Part shown: positions 46,095 through 55,240 of the stretch, piece by piece
How the letters are laid out: every line of letters begins with the position of its first letter
Position numbering within the stretch: the stretch's first letter is position 1
Origin: an uncultured Gammaproteobacteria bacterium
GTDB lineage: Bacteria > Pseudomonadota > Gammaproteobacteria > Pseudomonadales > Azotimanducaceae
Reading direction: 5' to 3'
Assembly (NCBI GenBank): GCA_913045175.1
Contig: CAJWQG010000008.1
Location: forward strand, 2,648-66,647
Length of the DNA: 64,000 nt
Made by a program: the position numbers and the translations under genes
Notes under the pieces: generated by a model
Told to the model about the DNA's origin: nothing
The model's database searches: none
The model's input: only the letters and a program-made list of their open reading frames with translations

Positions 46095-47800
46095 CTGTCA
46101 TCCTGTCCATCCTCCTGACCTTGCTGCTCTCCGCCTGTGGTGGTGGCGGTGGTGGTAGTGGGGCCGGTCCTGTGACATCGGCACCGGGTAACAGTAATAA
46201 CGCCGAGGAACAGGCAACAGAGGAGCCAGCCCCGCAGATCGGTTTCACCAACGTCACCAGCACTTCAGGGCTTGATTACGAACTCAGGTTGGATGTTGAA
46301 ACCAGCTCCACCGACGACTCGCTTGCAGAGGTCCGCGGAATTGCGACTAGCGGCGCAGCCGCGGGCGACTATGACAACGATGGTGATATTGATCTTTTCA
46401 TCGTGCAGGGAGATGACGATTCGAGTCTTCTCTATCGCAATGACGGTAATCTTCAGTTTACCGAGGTGGCGGAGTCTGCTGGCGTCGCGTTTCAAGGACC
46501 ACACTGGACGGGGCCGACATTTGCAGATGTTGATGGTGACGGAGACCTGGATCTTTTTATCCGTGGCCTGGTTAATTCGGCGTTACTGATGCGCAACGAC
46601 GGCGATGGTACCTTTACCGATGTGACGGACGACGCAGGGTTGCTGTTTTTGAACCCCAAGGGGATGTCCTCAGCATTTGGTGACTATGATCAGGACGGTG
46701 ATCTTGACCTCGTAACAACCCACTGGGGCTCACCTCTGGATCGTGAAAACCCTGGTGACACCGAGCACCTATGGCGTAACGATACCGAGGGTGACAATAT
46801 TGTATTCACCAGTGTCAGTGAGGAGTCGCAGATCTCTCCCAGTATCGCTCAATTGCCTGATCCCAATGGGCTCAACTACGATGCTGATCACACCTTTACA
46901 CCAACGTTTGCACGCATTGATGATGACTTACTGCCCGATTTACTGATGGTGGCTGATTTCAACCAGACTCAGTACTTTGGTAATAACGGGGACGGCACTT
47001 TCGATAACAGGACCGATGTTGACGTGTTGATTGACGGCAACGGTATGGGCTCTGCTGTGGGTGACTACGACAATGATGGCGACCTCGACTGGTTTGTGAC
47101 CAGCATTCTGTTTCCCAGTAACGACCCGGTTGCGAATGCGCCCATATCAGAACTGGGAAATCGACTGTATCAAAACCATCAGGGCGTTTTCAGCGATGTC
47201 ACTGATGAAGCGGGTGTAGCGGACGGCGGCTGGGGCTGGGGCGCGTGTTTTATAGATTTCGAGAACGATGGTGATCTGGACATCTATCACACCAATGGAT
47301 GGTCGGAATCGCTGCCAGCCCAACCGGATTTTCCGGATTTTGATGGCTACGCGATGGATATCAGTCGGGCATTCGTGAATCAGTCTGATGGAACCTTCGA
47401 GGAAGATGCCGTTGCTCTTGGTTTACATGATACCGAGATGGGTCGTGGTGTGGTCTGTGCTGATTTCGACAACGACGGTGATACCGACATTTTGTTATTG
47501 GCTAATATCCCGATCCTGTGGCGCAACGATGAGTCCGGTAACGAGTATTTAAAGGTGCACCTGATAGGTAAGCCGCCGAATACTGAAGCATCCGGCACGC
47601 GAATCATATTGTCGTCGGAGAACACCAGCCAGATTCGGGAGATCTCTATTGGCAGCAATTTCCTGTCACAAAACCCTGCGATACAACTATTTGGGCTGGG
47701 GTCAGATACCAGTGCAGATATTACGGTCAGCTGGCCCGATGGCGCGGAGACTGTAATGACTGATGTCGCCAGCGGTCAAACCCTGGAAATTACTCAGTAA
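46091..47800 (+). CDS. FG-GAP/VCBS repeat lipoprotein with ASPIC/UnbV domain, tandem paralogue
   Basis: 569 aa with lipobox LLLSAC. There is an ATGA overlap with the upstream paralogue. Long stretches are identical to 44355-46094 (for example GVADGGWGWGACFIDFENDGDLDIYHTNGW). Confidence 0.75.
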   Translation: MTVILSILLTLLLSACGGGGGGSGAGPVTSAPGNSNNAEEQATEEPAPQIGFTNVTSTSGLDYELRLDVETSSTDDSLAEVRGIATSGAAAGDYDNDGDIDLFIVQGDDDSSLLYRNDGNLQFTEVAESAGVAFQGPHWTGPTFADVDGDGDLDLFIRGLVNSALLMRNDGDGTFTDVTDDAGLLFLNPKGMSSAFGDYDQDGDLDLVTTHWGSPLDRENPGDTEHLWRNDTEGDNIVFTSVSEESQISPSIAQLPDPNGLNYDADHTFTPTFARIDDDLLPDLLMVADFNQTQYFGNNGDGTFDNRTDVDVLIDGNGMGSAVGDYDNDGDLDWFVTSILFPSNDPVANAPISELGNRLYQNHQGVFSDVTDEAGVADGGWGWGACFIDFENDGDLDIYHTNGWSESLPAQPDFPDFDGYAMDISRAFVNQSDGTFEEDAVALGLHDTEMGRGVVCADFDNDGDTDILLLANIPILWRNDESGNEYLKVHLIGKPPNTEASGTRIILSSENTSQIREISIGSNFLSQNPAIQLFGLGSDTSADITVSWPDGAETVMTDVASGQTLEITQ

Positions 47801-47805
47801 CACCC

Positions 47806-47866
47806 CGTCATCCTGAACGAAGTGAAGGATCTCGACCTTGAGTTCCTTCGCTATGCTCAGGACAGG
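47806..47866. repeat. Imperfect palindromic intergenic repeat (REP-like) of the widespread type whose spurious translations read ..NEVKDL.. / ..EILHFVQDD..
   Basis: The arms TCATCCTGAACGAAGTGAAGGAT (47808-30) and TCCTTCGCTATGCTCAGGACA (47844-64) are imperfect reverse complements. The motif resembles a dispersed bacterial repeat known from many genome annotations (from memory). Confidence 0.5.
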
Positions 47867-47907
47867 CTTGTGCCGCTCATATTGCACCTGATCGATAAAG
47901 TCAGCCG

Positions 47908-47942
47908 AAAAAAAAGGAGACTCCCCTTTCGGGAAATCTCCT
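47908..47942 (-). terminator. Rho-independent terminator of the TonB-dependent receptor gene
   Basis: The minus strand reads AGGAGAtttCCCgaaagGGGagTCTCCT followed by T8 (plus-strand A8 at 47908-47915), about 55 nt downstream of the stop at 47999. Confidence 0.7.
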
Positions 47943-47998
47943 TGATTCGTTCTAGCGAGGTGCCGTTACAGCACCTGCGCTTCTGCGAGAGACCTATG

Positions 47999-50602
47999 TT
48001 ACAGGCTGGGTCTCCAACGCACTTCAATACCAACCGAGCGCGGGTCGGTCAGGGTGCCCGATGATGGCGCACCAGAGTTAGTGGATTGCAGCAGGAACTC
48101 GATCAGACCAATTTCATCGAATACGTTTTGTACGAACAGTGTCGCGGTAATCGTTTCGTCTGGAGAGGTCCAGGTACCGCGAACATCGAACCGACCGTAT
48201 GAGGGCAGCGTCGAGAGCGGCAAGTTACTGAGATCGGAAGCGCGATCATCGACCCAGCTATAGGTTCCCAGCAACTGCAGGTTACCGCCGGTTGCGCCCG
48301 TAAGCGGTGTCTCGTAGCTTGCCGTCAGTGCGAACTTGTGCTTCGGCTGCATGGGTAACTGGTTGCCGGTCATATCAGAGGGAAGAATATACTCGCTGGT
48401 GACGGTCTCACCAGAAGTAAAATCAATATGTTCCCAAAACCCCGTTTCTGCATTAGGATCGGCCCGAATGACCTCTTTATGCGGGCCGATCTCAGAGTCG
48501 AGATAGGCATAAAAACCGCTCAGACGCCAGTTTTCATTCACATAGTACATGAAGTCAACTTCAGCACCCCATATCTTGGTATCTTGGATATTGTCGGTGA
48601 ACTCAAGGATGGGTGAATTAGCAAACTGGCTGAAATTATTCCCACCAATGGAGATGCCCTGTTGCTCGATTGAGCCGGTAATCTGATAGTCGTCGAAATC
48701 ATTGTAGAAAACACCGGAAGTTAACCGAAGTCGTCCATCCATGAACATGCCTTTCATCCCGAGCTCATAGTTGACCAGGGTCTCTTCTTTAACGAAAGTC
48801 GGAATCGCATCGGACTTGGGATTGAAACTACCTGCCCGGTAGCCCGTCGAAATCCGACCGTATATCAGATTGTCCTCAGGCGTGGTGTACTCCATACTGA
48901 CGTGACCAATAGTCGCATCCCAGTTTCGCGGAGTGGGGTCTGAATCGTCGAAAATGATTTCTATCGGGACGGACCCGATAAAACCAAAACCGCCGATGAA
49001 CGTGCCACCATTGGTTTTCTGAACCTTGAAATCTTCCGTGTAGCGAAGACCGCCAGAGACCAGCCACTGATCGTTGACCTGGTATTCAGCGTTGACGAAA
49101 TAGGCATCAGTCTCTGATTCGGCGGTGGTACCAAACAGCAAAGTCTGGGTGTGGTCGTCGCCAGTCGGACATTGCCAGTAGTTCCCGGGCTCACCATTTG
49201 CGACTGCTTCTTCCGGCGTGGTTGAGAAACCAAATGGTCTGAGGATAGTGTCAGCGATTTCCGCACATCCACCGGCAAAACCGGCAGCGACGGCGTGGTC
49301 CTCAGCAAGACCCAGTCTCCAGGGATTGGTATAGGTTAAAACGGGTACGAACCACCCGGTGAAATTCTCGTAAGTGAACGCACCGACGATAAAATTGAAC
49401 TGTCCATCCAGGTTTGAAACCAGTTGTACCTCGTGAGAAGTTTCGGTGTAGTCGTACCACACGTTGATCTCCGCATCGATTAATGGCACATCCGCGTCTG
49501 ATGCCGTGAACGGATCATCGGCGCGTCCTACCCGGTTGGTCATGTCGCGGTCACGCTGAACCCTTGAGAAGTTGTCGGTATCACCGAAGTTGTAGCGCAG
49601 CGTGTAGTTATCATTGATGTCAAAACTGAAAGCGATGGTCGATTGCTCTGAAGTACTACCGCCCACTGCAGACCGGTTCACATTAATTACGTTCTTAACG
49701 TCACCACAAAGAAATCCAGGGGTGGCAGGCGGACAGTTTGGATCTATGGATGGAACCGGTTGGTCCAGCAGGTAAAATGCGTTCGTTTGTCCCCTGAAAT
49801 CCGTAGCGTTGCTCGGGTCGAAATTAGTCAACAGGACCTGCGTTCGCGGCGTGCCATCGTCATCTAACTTGGTATAACGAAAATTCAAATCCATTCTGTC
49901 GGTTTTGAAACGCAGCTGCGGAGCGACGAATGTCTGGTCGGGGGCATCGTAATCATCACCCAAGCCAATATTCTTCTGTGCGCCATCGCCCTCGTAGTAG
50001 CTACCGTTGATACGGAAGCTGACGTTTTCACTGATCGGGCCACCGAAGGCGACACCGTATCGCTGTGTGAACTGGTCGGTGAATTCCGTATGCACCAGAA
50101 GGTCCCACTCGTCGGTGGGTCTTGTGGAGTAGTAACTGATCGATCCGGCAATCGAGTTCCGGCCATTCAACGTGCCCTGAGGACCACGCGCGACTTCAAC
50201 CCGCTCCAGGTCAAACATATTCGGCGCAACGCCGTAGGTTCCGAGCGTGTAGACACCATCTACATAGGTGGCGACTGCGAGGTCCGGGTGGGTTTCACCG
50301 GCGAGTCTTGTGCCGATCCCGCGTATGGTCGTACCCTGACCGGTCTGCTGGCCTTCATCCTGGAACTGTAGCCCAGGAACCAGTTGCTCCAGGTCATCCT
50401 GATTGGTCATGCCGAGCTCTTCAATCATCTGAGCACTGAAGGCCGACATGGTAACTGGTACGTCGAGTACGTTCTCTTCACGCTTCTCGGCAGTCACAAT
50501 GACTTCTTCGATATAATTCTTATCGTCGTCATCAGCGGAATAGGCTGGTAGTCCAGCTATGGCTACGGCGACTCCTAATGACATTGGTATGAATTTCTTC
50601 AT
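47999..50602 (-). CDS. TonB-dependent outer-membrane receptor
   Basis: 867 aa with a signal peptide (MKKFIPMSLGVAVAIAGLPAYS), a TonB box/plug (IEEVIVTAEKREENVLDVP) and a long beta-barrel with alternating aromatic patterns. Confidence 0.9.
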   Translation of the reverse strand: MKKFIPMSLGVAVAIAGLPAYSADDDDKNYIEEVIVTAEKREENVLDVPVTMSAFSAQMIEELGMTNQDDLEQLVPGLQFQDEGQQTGQGTTIRGIGTRLAGETHPDLAVATYVDGVYTLGTYGVAPNMFDLERVEVARGPQGTLNGRNSIAGSISYYSTRPTDEWDLLVHTEFTDQFTQRYGVAFGGPISENVSFRINGSYYEGDGAQKNIGLGDDYDAPDQTFVAPQLRFKTDRMDLNFRYTKLDDDGTPRTQVLLTNFDPSNATDFRGQTNAFYLLDQPVPSIDPNCPPATPGFLCGDVKNVINVNRSAVGGSTSEQSTIAFSFDINDNYTLRYNFGDTDNFSRVQRDRDMTNRVGRADDPFTASDADVPLIDAEINVWYDYTETSHEVQLVSNLDGQFNFIVGAFTYENFTGWFVPVLTYTNPWRLGLAEDHAVAAGFAGGCAEIADTILRPFGFSTTPEEAVANGEPGNYWQCPTGDDHTQTLLFGTTAESETDAYFVNAEYQVNDQWLVSGGLRYTEDFKVQKTNGGTFIGGFGFIGSVPIEIIFDDSDPTPRNWDATIGHVSMEYTTPEDNLIYGRISTGYRAGSFNPKSDAIPTFVKEETLVNYELGMKGMFMDGRLRLTSGVFYNDFDDYQITGSIEQQGISIGGNNFSQFANSPILEFTDNIQDTKIWGAEVDFMYYVNENWRLSGFYAYLDSEIGPHKEVIRADPNAETGFWEHIDFTSGETVTSEYILPSDMTGNQLPMQPKHKFALTASYETPLTGATGGNLQLLGTYSWVDDRASDLSNLPLSTLPSYGRFDVRGTWTSPDETITATLFVQNVFDEIGLIEFLLQSTNSGAPSSGTLTDPRSVGIEVRWRPSL

Positions 50603-50873
50603 GAATATCCCCCATAATTGGTTAAAATTGAACTGGGCTCCGCCCAGCCAGGTTACGTTGTGGGTTCCCCCTAAGGTTCCCTAAGTTCACAGGTGACCCA
50701 ACACCCACCAGTGAGCTGCGCTAGTGTAATTATAGAGGGTACCGTAGGGATAGTATATTTGTTTCAAACCAGGCCCATCTATGGGAAAAACACCTTATTT
50801 TTTACTTAGTCTAGCTAAAAAATGAGGCATTTTTGCGTTATAGTAATCCTCATCAGGAAATAGGATATGCCTT

Positions 50874-52142
50874 TTGGCAAACGCAAATGAGCTTAGGACC
50901 ATCGACGATATCGCCGTCTGGCTTTCGGAAGGGATGAGACGGCCCTCATCCAAGTTCCTGCGGGATATGCTAAAAGGTATTCACGCTTCGAAATCCATCA
51001 AACTTGCCAATATTGCCAGGGCCCTTGGTGAAGGTAACAACCTGCATTCCACCTGCAATCGGCTAGGCAGAAACCTCGCCGATCCCGATCTTGAGCGAAT
51101 CATTGCTGATCGTCTGCTTGAACAAGGCGCAAACATGGTTAAGCGCCATACCCGCCTTATTGTTAACGTGTACACGGTTGCCAAGCCCAATGCCAGGAAA
51201 ATGCAGTACCTTCAGGATGGCGACGAAAATACAACTGATGAAGCACAGTTCCTGGTGTGCGAGATCCTTGCGAGCAATACCGGCTCTGGTAAATATTCAC
51301 CCTTGCTCGCGACCTTATGGTCTCGATATGCACCAGGTTACGTCAGTGATGCGCAAGAGATCCTGGATGCGCTAGGCAGGGTACTCAAGGCGACTAAAGG
51401 TCGTGGTGTTGTATGTCTGGAATACCGCTATATCCCTCCGGCGATAGTCGATGATCTTCTAGATAATCTTCTCGCCAGCCAGGACACTCAATTTATCTGT
51501 ACTGAGGGGTCAGTAGCCCCTGTGCTTGTTCACCGTCAGCAAAATAAAACCACGACCGAGTTGGCCGAGGTCTGTGACCTGCCTTACTGGGGAAGGCTTT
51601 TTAAGGTCCTGCCAGTCAACGCTGAAAAGAGTGACGCCTATTTGATATACCGGCAGTACCTTTCCTCGACACCAAACGAGTTGTCAGACTTGGCGATACC
51701 GATGGAATTTGGATCGCTGCCAGTGCGGTGTCAGGAATCGGGTCGCCCTGTCAGTATCATCATTATGAACACCTACCACCCGCTTCTGGGCGAGAGATCA
51801 ACCAGATTGGTAACGTCTTACGAAAAGCTCAACTCTCGTAAGAAGATTTTGGCGCCCATTCACGCTTTCCTCTCACTGGGTGACGTTGTTGCGGCTCATG
51901 GGTCTATCCGTGATAGTTACAACCCCTCTGACCTTCAGGTAGCAAAATACGACCGCATGCAGTTGCTTATGACGCTCTTGCTTGCAGTGGTTTTCTTCGA
52001 AGCCAGGACATACAAACTCAAGCTGCCGTTGGCCAGATTTCAGCCACATGAGGGTAGGTATCGACGGGACTATCTGCTGCCGGAAGACGTGGAGCGACTC
52101 AAGAGTGAAGCGATTCCTGTAGATGATGCAGGTCACGGGTGA
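50874..52142 (+). CDS. Hypothetical protein (422 aa), no family recognised; N-terminus reminiscent of IS4/IS701-type transposase HTH region
   Basis: A long uninterrupted ORF in the same GC range as its neighbours. The start is uncertain (TTG 50874; the next in-frame ATG is 50934). Its stop overlaps the GTG start of the downstream LLM gene (GTGA). I recognised no catalytic motif. Confidence 0.5.
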   Translation: MANANELRTIDDIAVWLSEGMRRPSSKFLRDMLKGIHASKSIKLANIARALGEGNNLHSTCNRLGRNLADPDLERIIADRLLEQGANMVKRHTRLIVNVYTVAKPNARKMQYLQDGDENTTDEAQFLVCEILASNTGSGKYSPLLATLWSRYAPGYVSDAQEILDALGRVLKATKGRGVVCLEYRYIPPAIVDDLLDNLLASQDTQFICTEGSVAPVLVHRQQNKTTTELAEVCDLPYWGRLFKVLPVNAEKSDAYLIYRQYLSSTPNELSDLAIPMEFGSLPVRCQESGRPVSIIIMNTYHPLLGERSTRLVTSYEKLNSRKKILAPIHAFLSLGDVVAAHGSIRDSYNPSDLQVAKYDRMQLLMTLLLAVVFFEARTYKLKLPLARFQPHEGRYRRDYLLPEDVERLKSEAIPVDDAGHG

Positions 52143-53104
52143 AAATCGCAGTTCTCCAGTTCTTCAGTTGGCCCGGCCGCCATGGCGACCTGCAGGATGT
52201 GTATGCACGGGGATTGGAACGTGTCCACATCATGGATCAGGGCGGATACGACGCGGTATGGATCGCTGAGCATCACTTTTCGACCTATAGTGTGTGTCCT
52301 TCGATCAATATGATGGGTATGCACTTTGCCAATCATTCCAAGAATCTAAGAATCGGCACGGGAATATCTCTGGCAGCTTTTTATAATCCACTGCGCCTCG
52401 CGGAAGAAATTGCTTTGCTTGATGTTCTATCAGGCGGACGCGTGAACTGGGGTGCGGGTAGCGGTTTCGATCCCACTGAGTTTCGTGCGTTTGGCATCGA
52501 TAAGGCGGAACGCCGTGAACGATTCCGGGAGAACGTCAACATTGTCCTTCAAGCCTGGTCATCCGAGAAGCTGAACTTCGACGGGGTCTATCATAGCTAT
52601 GAAGATATCGAAGTGCTGCCGAAGCCCTTGCAGGACCCAATGCCGGTCTGGATGGCGGCCACCTCTCCCGAGGCAATCGACTGGGCAGCGGGGCAGGGTC
52701 ATTCCATCCTGATGGATCCGCACTCATCTATGCAGGAAATCTACGAGAAACAACAGCTGTATTACAGAACTCTCGAGGAACATGGCCATCCGGTTGGTGA
52801 TCGTGACCTTCCCGTCGCGAGGCTCGTTGCGATAGACCACGACGAAAAAGAGGCGCGCAAAATAGCAGAAGCAGGCGCCGCGTGGGTGACGAATAGTTAT
52901 GCCCGCAAGTCCGAGGACACTGGCAACAACCCGGTTGATCGCTACGTTGATGAGATCGTCATCTGGGGTAAGCCGGAGCGTGTGGCTGATCAATTAATGC
53001 AATACGAAGAAGAGATGGGACTGGGTTACCTTTTGTGCGCGCCTCTTAGCCAGAACACGTTTACGCTGTTTAACGATGAGGTATTACCACGGATTACTAG
53101 CTGA
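52139..53104 (+). CDS. Luciferase-like monooxygenase (LLM) class flavin-dependent oxidoreductase
   Basis: 321 aa with a GTG start. AVWIAEHHF and NPLRLAEEIALLDVLSGGRVNWGAGSG are typical LLM motifs. Confidence 0.8.
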   Translation: MKIAVLQFFSWPGRHGDLQDVYARGLERVHIMDQGGYDAVWIAEHHFSTYSVCPSINMMGMHFANHSKNLRIGTGISLAAFYNPLRLAEEIALLDVLSGGRVNWGAGSGFDPTEFRAFGIDKAERRERFRENVNIVLQAWSSEKLNFDGVYHSYEDIEVLPKPLQDPMPVWMAATSPEAIDWAAGQGHSILMDPHSSMQEIYEKQQLYYRTLEEHGHPVGDRDLPVARLVAIDHDEKEARKIAEAGAAWVTNSYARKSEDTGNNPVDRYVDEIVIWGKPERVADQLMQYEEEMGLGYLLCAPLSQNTFTLFNDEVLPRITS

Positions 53105-54171
53105 CCCTGGGAATCACTTTCTCTGAAATCAGCCTGAGACACTTCTTTACGTCCTCACGAGTAGACCGCCAGCCAAGCATTGCGCATATGATCTCGTCTG
53201 CGCCAAATTCCTCATGCAGCTGGTGAATTCTGTCTACGACTTCTTCCGCAGTACCAAACAAATCGGGTTAGCGATTCTTTGCCTGCGAGCGCCCCCGCTC
53301 AGTCAGTTGGTCTGCTCGATTTTTTTCCGACGCCTCGCGGACACGGTCAGCCTCGCGCTGCGTTGCTGCAACAAACGTAGACATGCGCATGGTCACGGAT
53401 GGATCTCCCGGGTGACCGGCATCCTGCCAGGCCTGCCGATAACGTTTGACGTCCTCCCTTAATACATCATCGCCACGCTGCATTGTGCATGCCGCCACCG
53501 CCGATGGCGATTCGGTAGCCCAGCTTGCCCATTGGCTCGAACCCCTGTTGGCTGTCGAGGGGGAGCAGGATCGGAGGATGGGGTTTCTGTACGCATTTCG
53601 GCAGGAAACGGGAATCGGCCGGGAGCGCAGGATAATTGTAGAACTCGCCAGCGAAACCGGAGAATTGATCTTCCGTCAGGGCCTGTCGCAGAACAGCAAG
53701 GTATTCATGGAAATGCCGTAGACGCCTTTCGTCACCTGCCGTGTCTCCTCCCGCGCCATAGATAAAGCGACCGTCGCTGAGCTGATCCAGCATGGCGATT
53801 TGCTCTGCGGTCTGTAACGGATTTGCTGGTGTGAAATTGTTAAACACCCAACCGAATCTATCGAGTGTGGCTCCGCGCCGATTAATGGAGGAACCACCTT
53901 CCTTAACTTCCGATGTGAATTCCTCATCGGGAGCCTTAAGCCCTGGCAGGTGGACCGCGGTGCCGATCTTGATTTGATTGGTACGCGTGGCGATGGCCGC
54001 GGAAAGCAAAAGGCAGTCAGGGATCATGCCCATGAGAGGCACGCCTCCTGCCCAAACTGTGTCCCATCCGGTGTTGTCGAGGGATATGACCTCTTCGAGA
54101 TTGGCGTGGTAGGCTTCCGCCTGCGACTCCTCTCCCTTTGCTGTCCAAAAGTTCAAGTAGCTGATTCTCAT
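53097..54171 (-). pseudogene. Decayed LLM-class oxidoreductase (one frameshift and one in-frame TAA)
   Basis: The N-terminal 234 aa (53467-54171) are LLM-like (NPLQTAEQIAMLDQLSDGRFIYGAGG). The reading frame continues in another frame from ~53498, is cut by TAA at 53268-53270, and then continues in the same frame (PDLFGTAEEVVDRIHQLHEEFGADEI..) to TAG 53097-53099. The 3' end overlaps the convergent LLM gene by 8 nt. Confidence 0.7.
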
Positions 54172-54234
54172 GAGACTGCCCCCCTGGCACTCATGTGGGT
54201 TCTTTATATCACGGCAGCGTGACCGGGCACGACG

Positions 54235-55230
54235 TTAGATCTGCTCCACCTCTACCGCGCAACCCGTATCCACAGATTCGTAAAGCGCGAATATTGCGGC
54301 CATGTTACGCAACGCATCGTCTGCCGGAAATTCTGGTGTCTTGCCGGTAAGAACGCATTCCGAAAACTCATCCAGCTGCACCTGGTAGCGATTGGTACTG
54401 GTCATCTCCAGAACCTCCGGTTTCTGATCCGCGCGCGTAACGGTGACTTGTGCGGTCTCTACTACCGCGGCACGATCCAACGAGATGCTGCCGCGGGTGC
54501 CAACAACACCAAGTGATCCATGTCGCGGCCCATCAAAACCGCACCAGATATCGCCAACAGCTCCATTCGCAAATTGCAGCAGGCCATGCAGCACCGTGTC
54601 TACGTCAACGCCATCGCGCTTACGGTCAAACGCCATCACCTTAATGGGTTCGCTGTTCATGACATATCGCAGGGCGTAAAGGCTGTAACATCCGACATCC
54701 ATCAGGCTGCCACCGGCAAGTGTTTTGGTAAGGCGGATATCGTCAGGATTGGCTAGCGGATACATGACTGAGGATTCAAGGTGGATAATGTCACCGATCT
54801 CACGGTTGGCTACGAGCTCACGGATGCTGCGTAGCTGCCTGGTCCAGCGTGGTGTAAAAGCCTCCACCAGGACAACATTGTTCGCTTCGGCCGCAGCTTT
54901 CATTTCACGTGCTTCTGCCATGGTGGCAGACAAAGGTTTTTCGCACAGTATGTGTTTGCCTGCTTCTGCCGCCTTGATAGTCCACTCGTGGTGCATGGAG
55001 TTCGGCAGCGTGTTGATAACCGCATCAATCTGATCGCTGTCGATCATTTCCTGGTAGCTCCCGAAGGCCAGCGGAATGTCGTGTTCCTTTGCGGCAGCCT
55101 GCGCGGTTTCAAGATTCCGACTGCTAACGGCGACAATTTCGGAATTAGGTGAATCTTTTGCCGCCGGTACGTGAGCAGTAAAGCCGATGCGTGCTGTGCT
55201 AATGAGACCGTATCTGACTGTGTCTGGAAT
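54235..55230 (-). CDS. Gfo/Idh/MocA-family NAD(P)-dependent oxidoreductase
   Basis: VRYGLISTARIG (Rossmann fold), EKP motif (ILCEKPLS) and family-typical length. The start is unresolved. ATT 55230 sits 5 nt after an AAGGGGA RBS, while the nearest ATG (55320) would overlap the upstream gene by 80 nt. Confidence 0.7.
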   Translation of the reverse strand: MPDTVRYGLISTARIGFTAHVPAAKDSPNSEIVAVSSRNLETAQAAAKEHDIPLAFGSYQEMIDSDQIDAVINTLPNSMHHEWTIKAAEAGKHILCEKPLSATMAEAREMKAAAEANNVVLVEAFTPRWTRQLRSIRELVANREIGDIIHLESSVMYPLANPDDIRLTKTLAGGSLMDVGCYSLYALRYVMNSEPIKVMAFDRKRDGVDVDTVLHGLLQFANGAVGDIWCGFDGPRHGSLGVVGTRGSISLDRAAVVETAQVTVTRADQKPEVLEMTSTNRYQVQLDEFSECVLTGKTPEFPADDALRNMAAIFALYESVDTGCAVEVEQI

Positions 55231-55240
55231 TTTGTTCCCC

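Noticed and set aside
47822-48064. 80-aa ORF (MKDLDLEFLRYAQDRL...) between the FG-GAP genes and the receptor.
   Set aside because: It is generated by the REP-like palindrome and the terminator region and overlaps the receptor 3' end. No coding signal is present.
50603-50873. Cobalamin or other riboswitch in the ~270-nt leader of the TonB-dependent receptor.
   Set aside because: I could not find the ordered conserved elements of a B12 riboswitch. There is only a GCTCACTGG resemblance to the B12 box in the wrong context. I saw a small GC hairpin (CTGGGC-TCC-GCCCAG, about 50633-50647) and a GTTCCC(CC)TAAG direct repeat (50664-50685), but neither is diagnostic.
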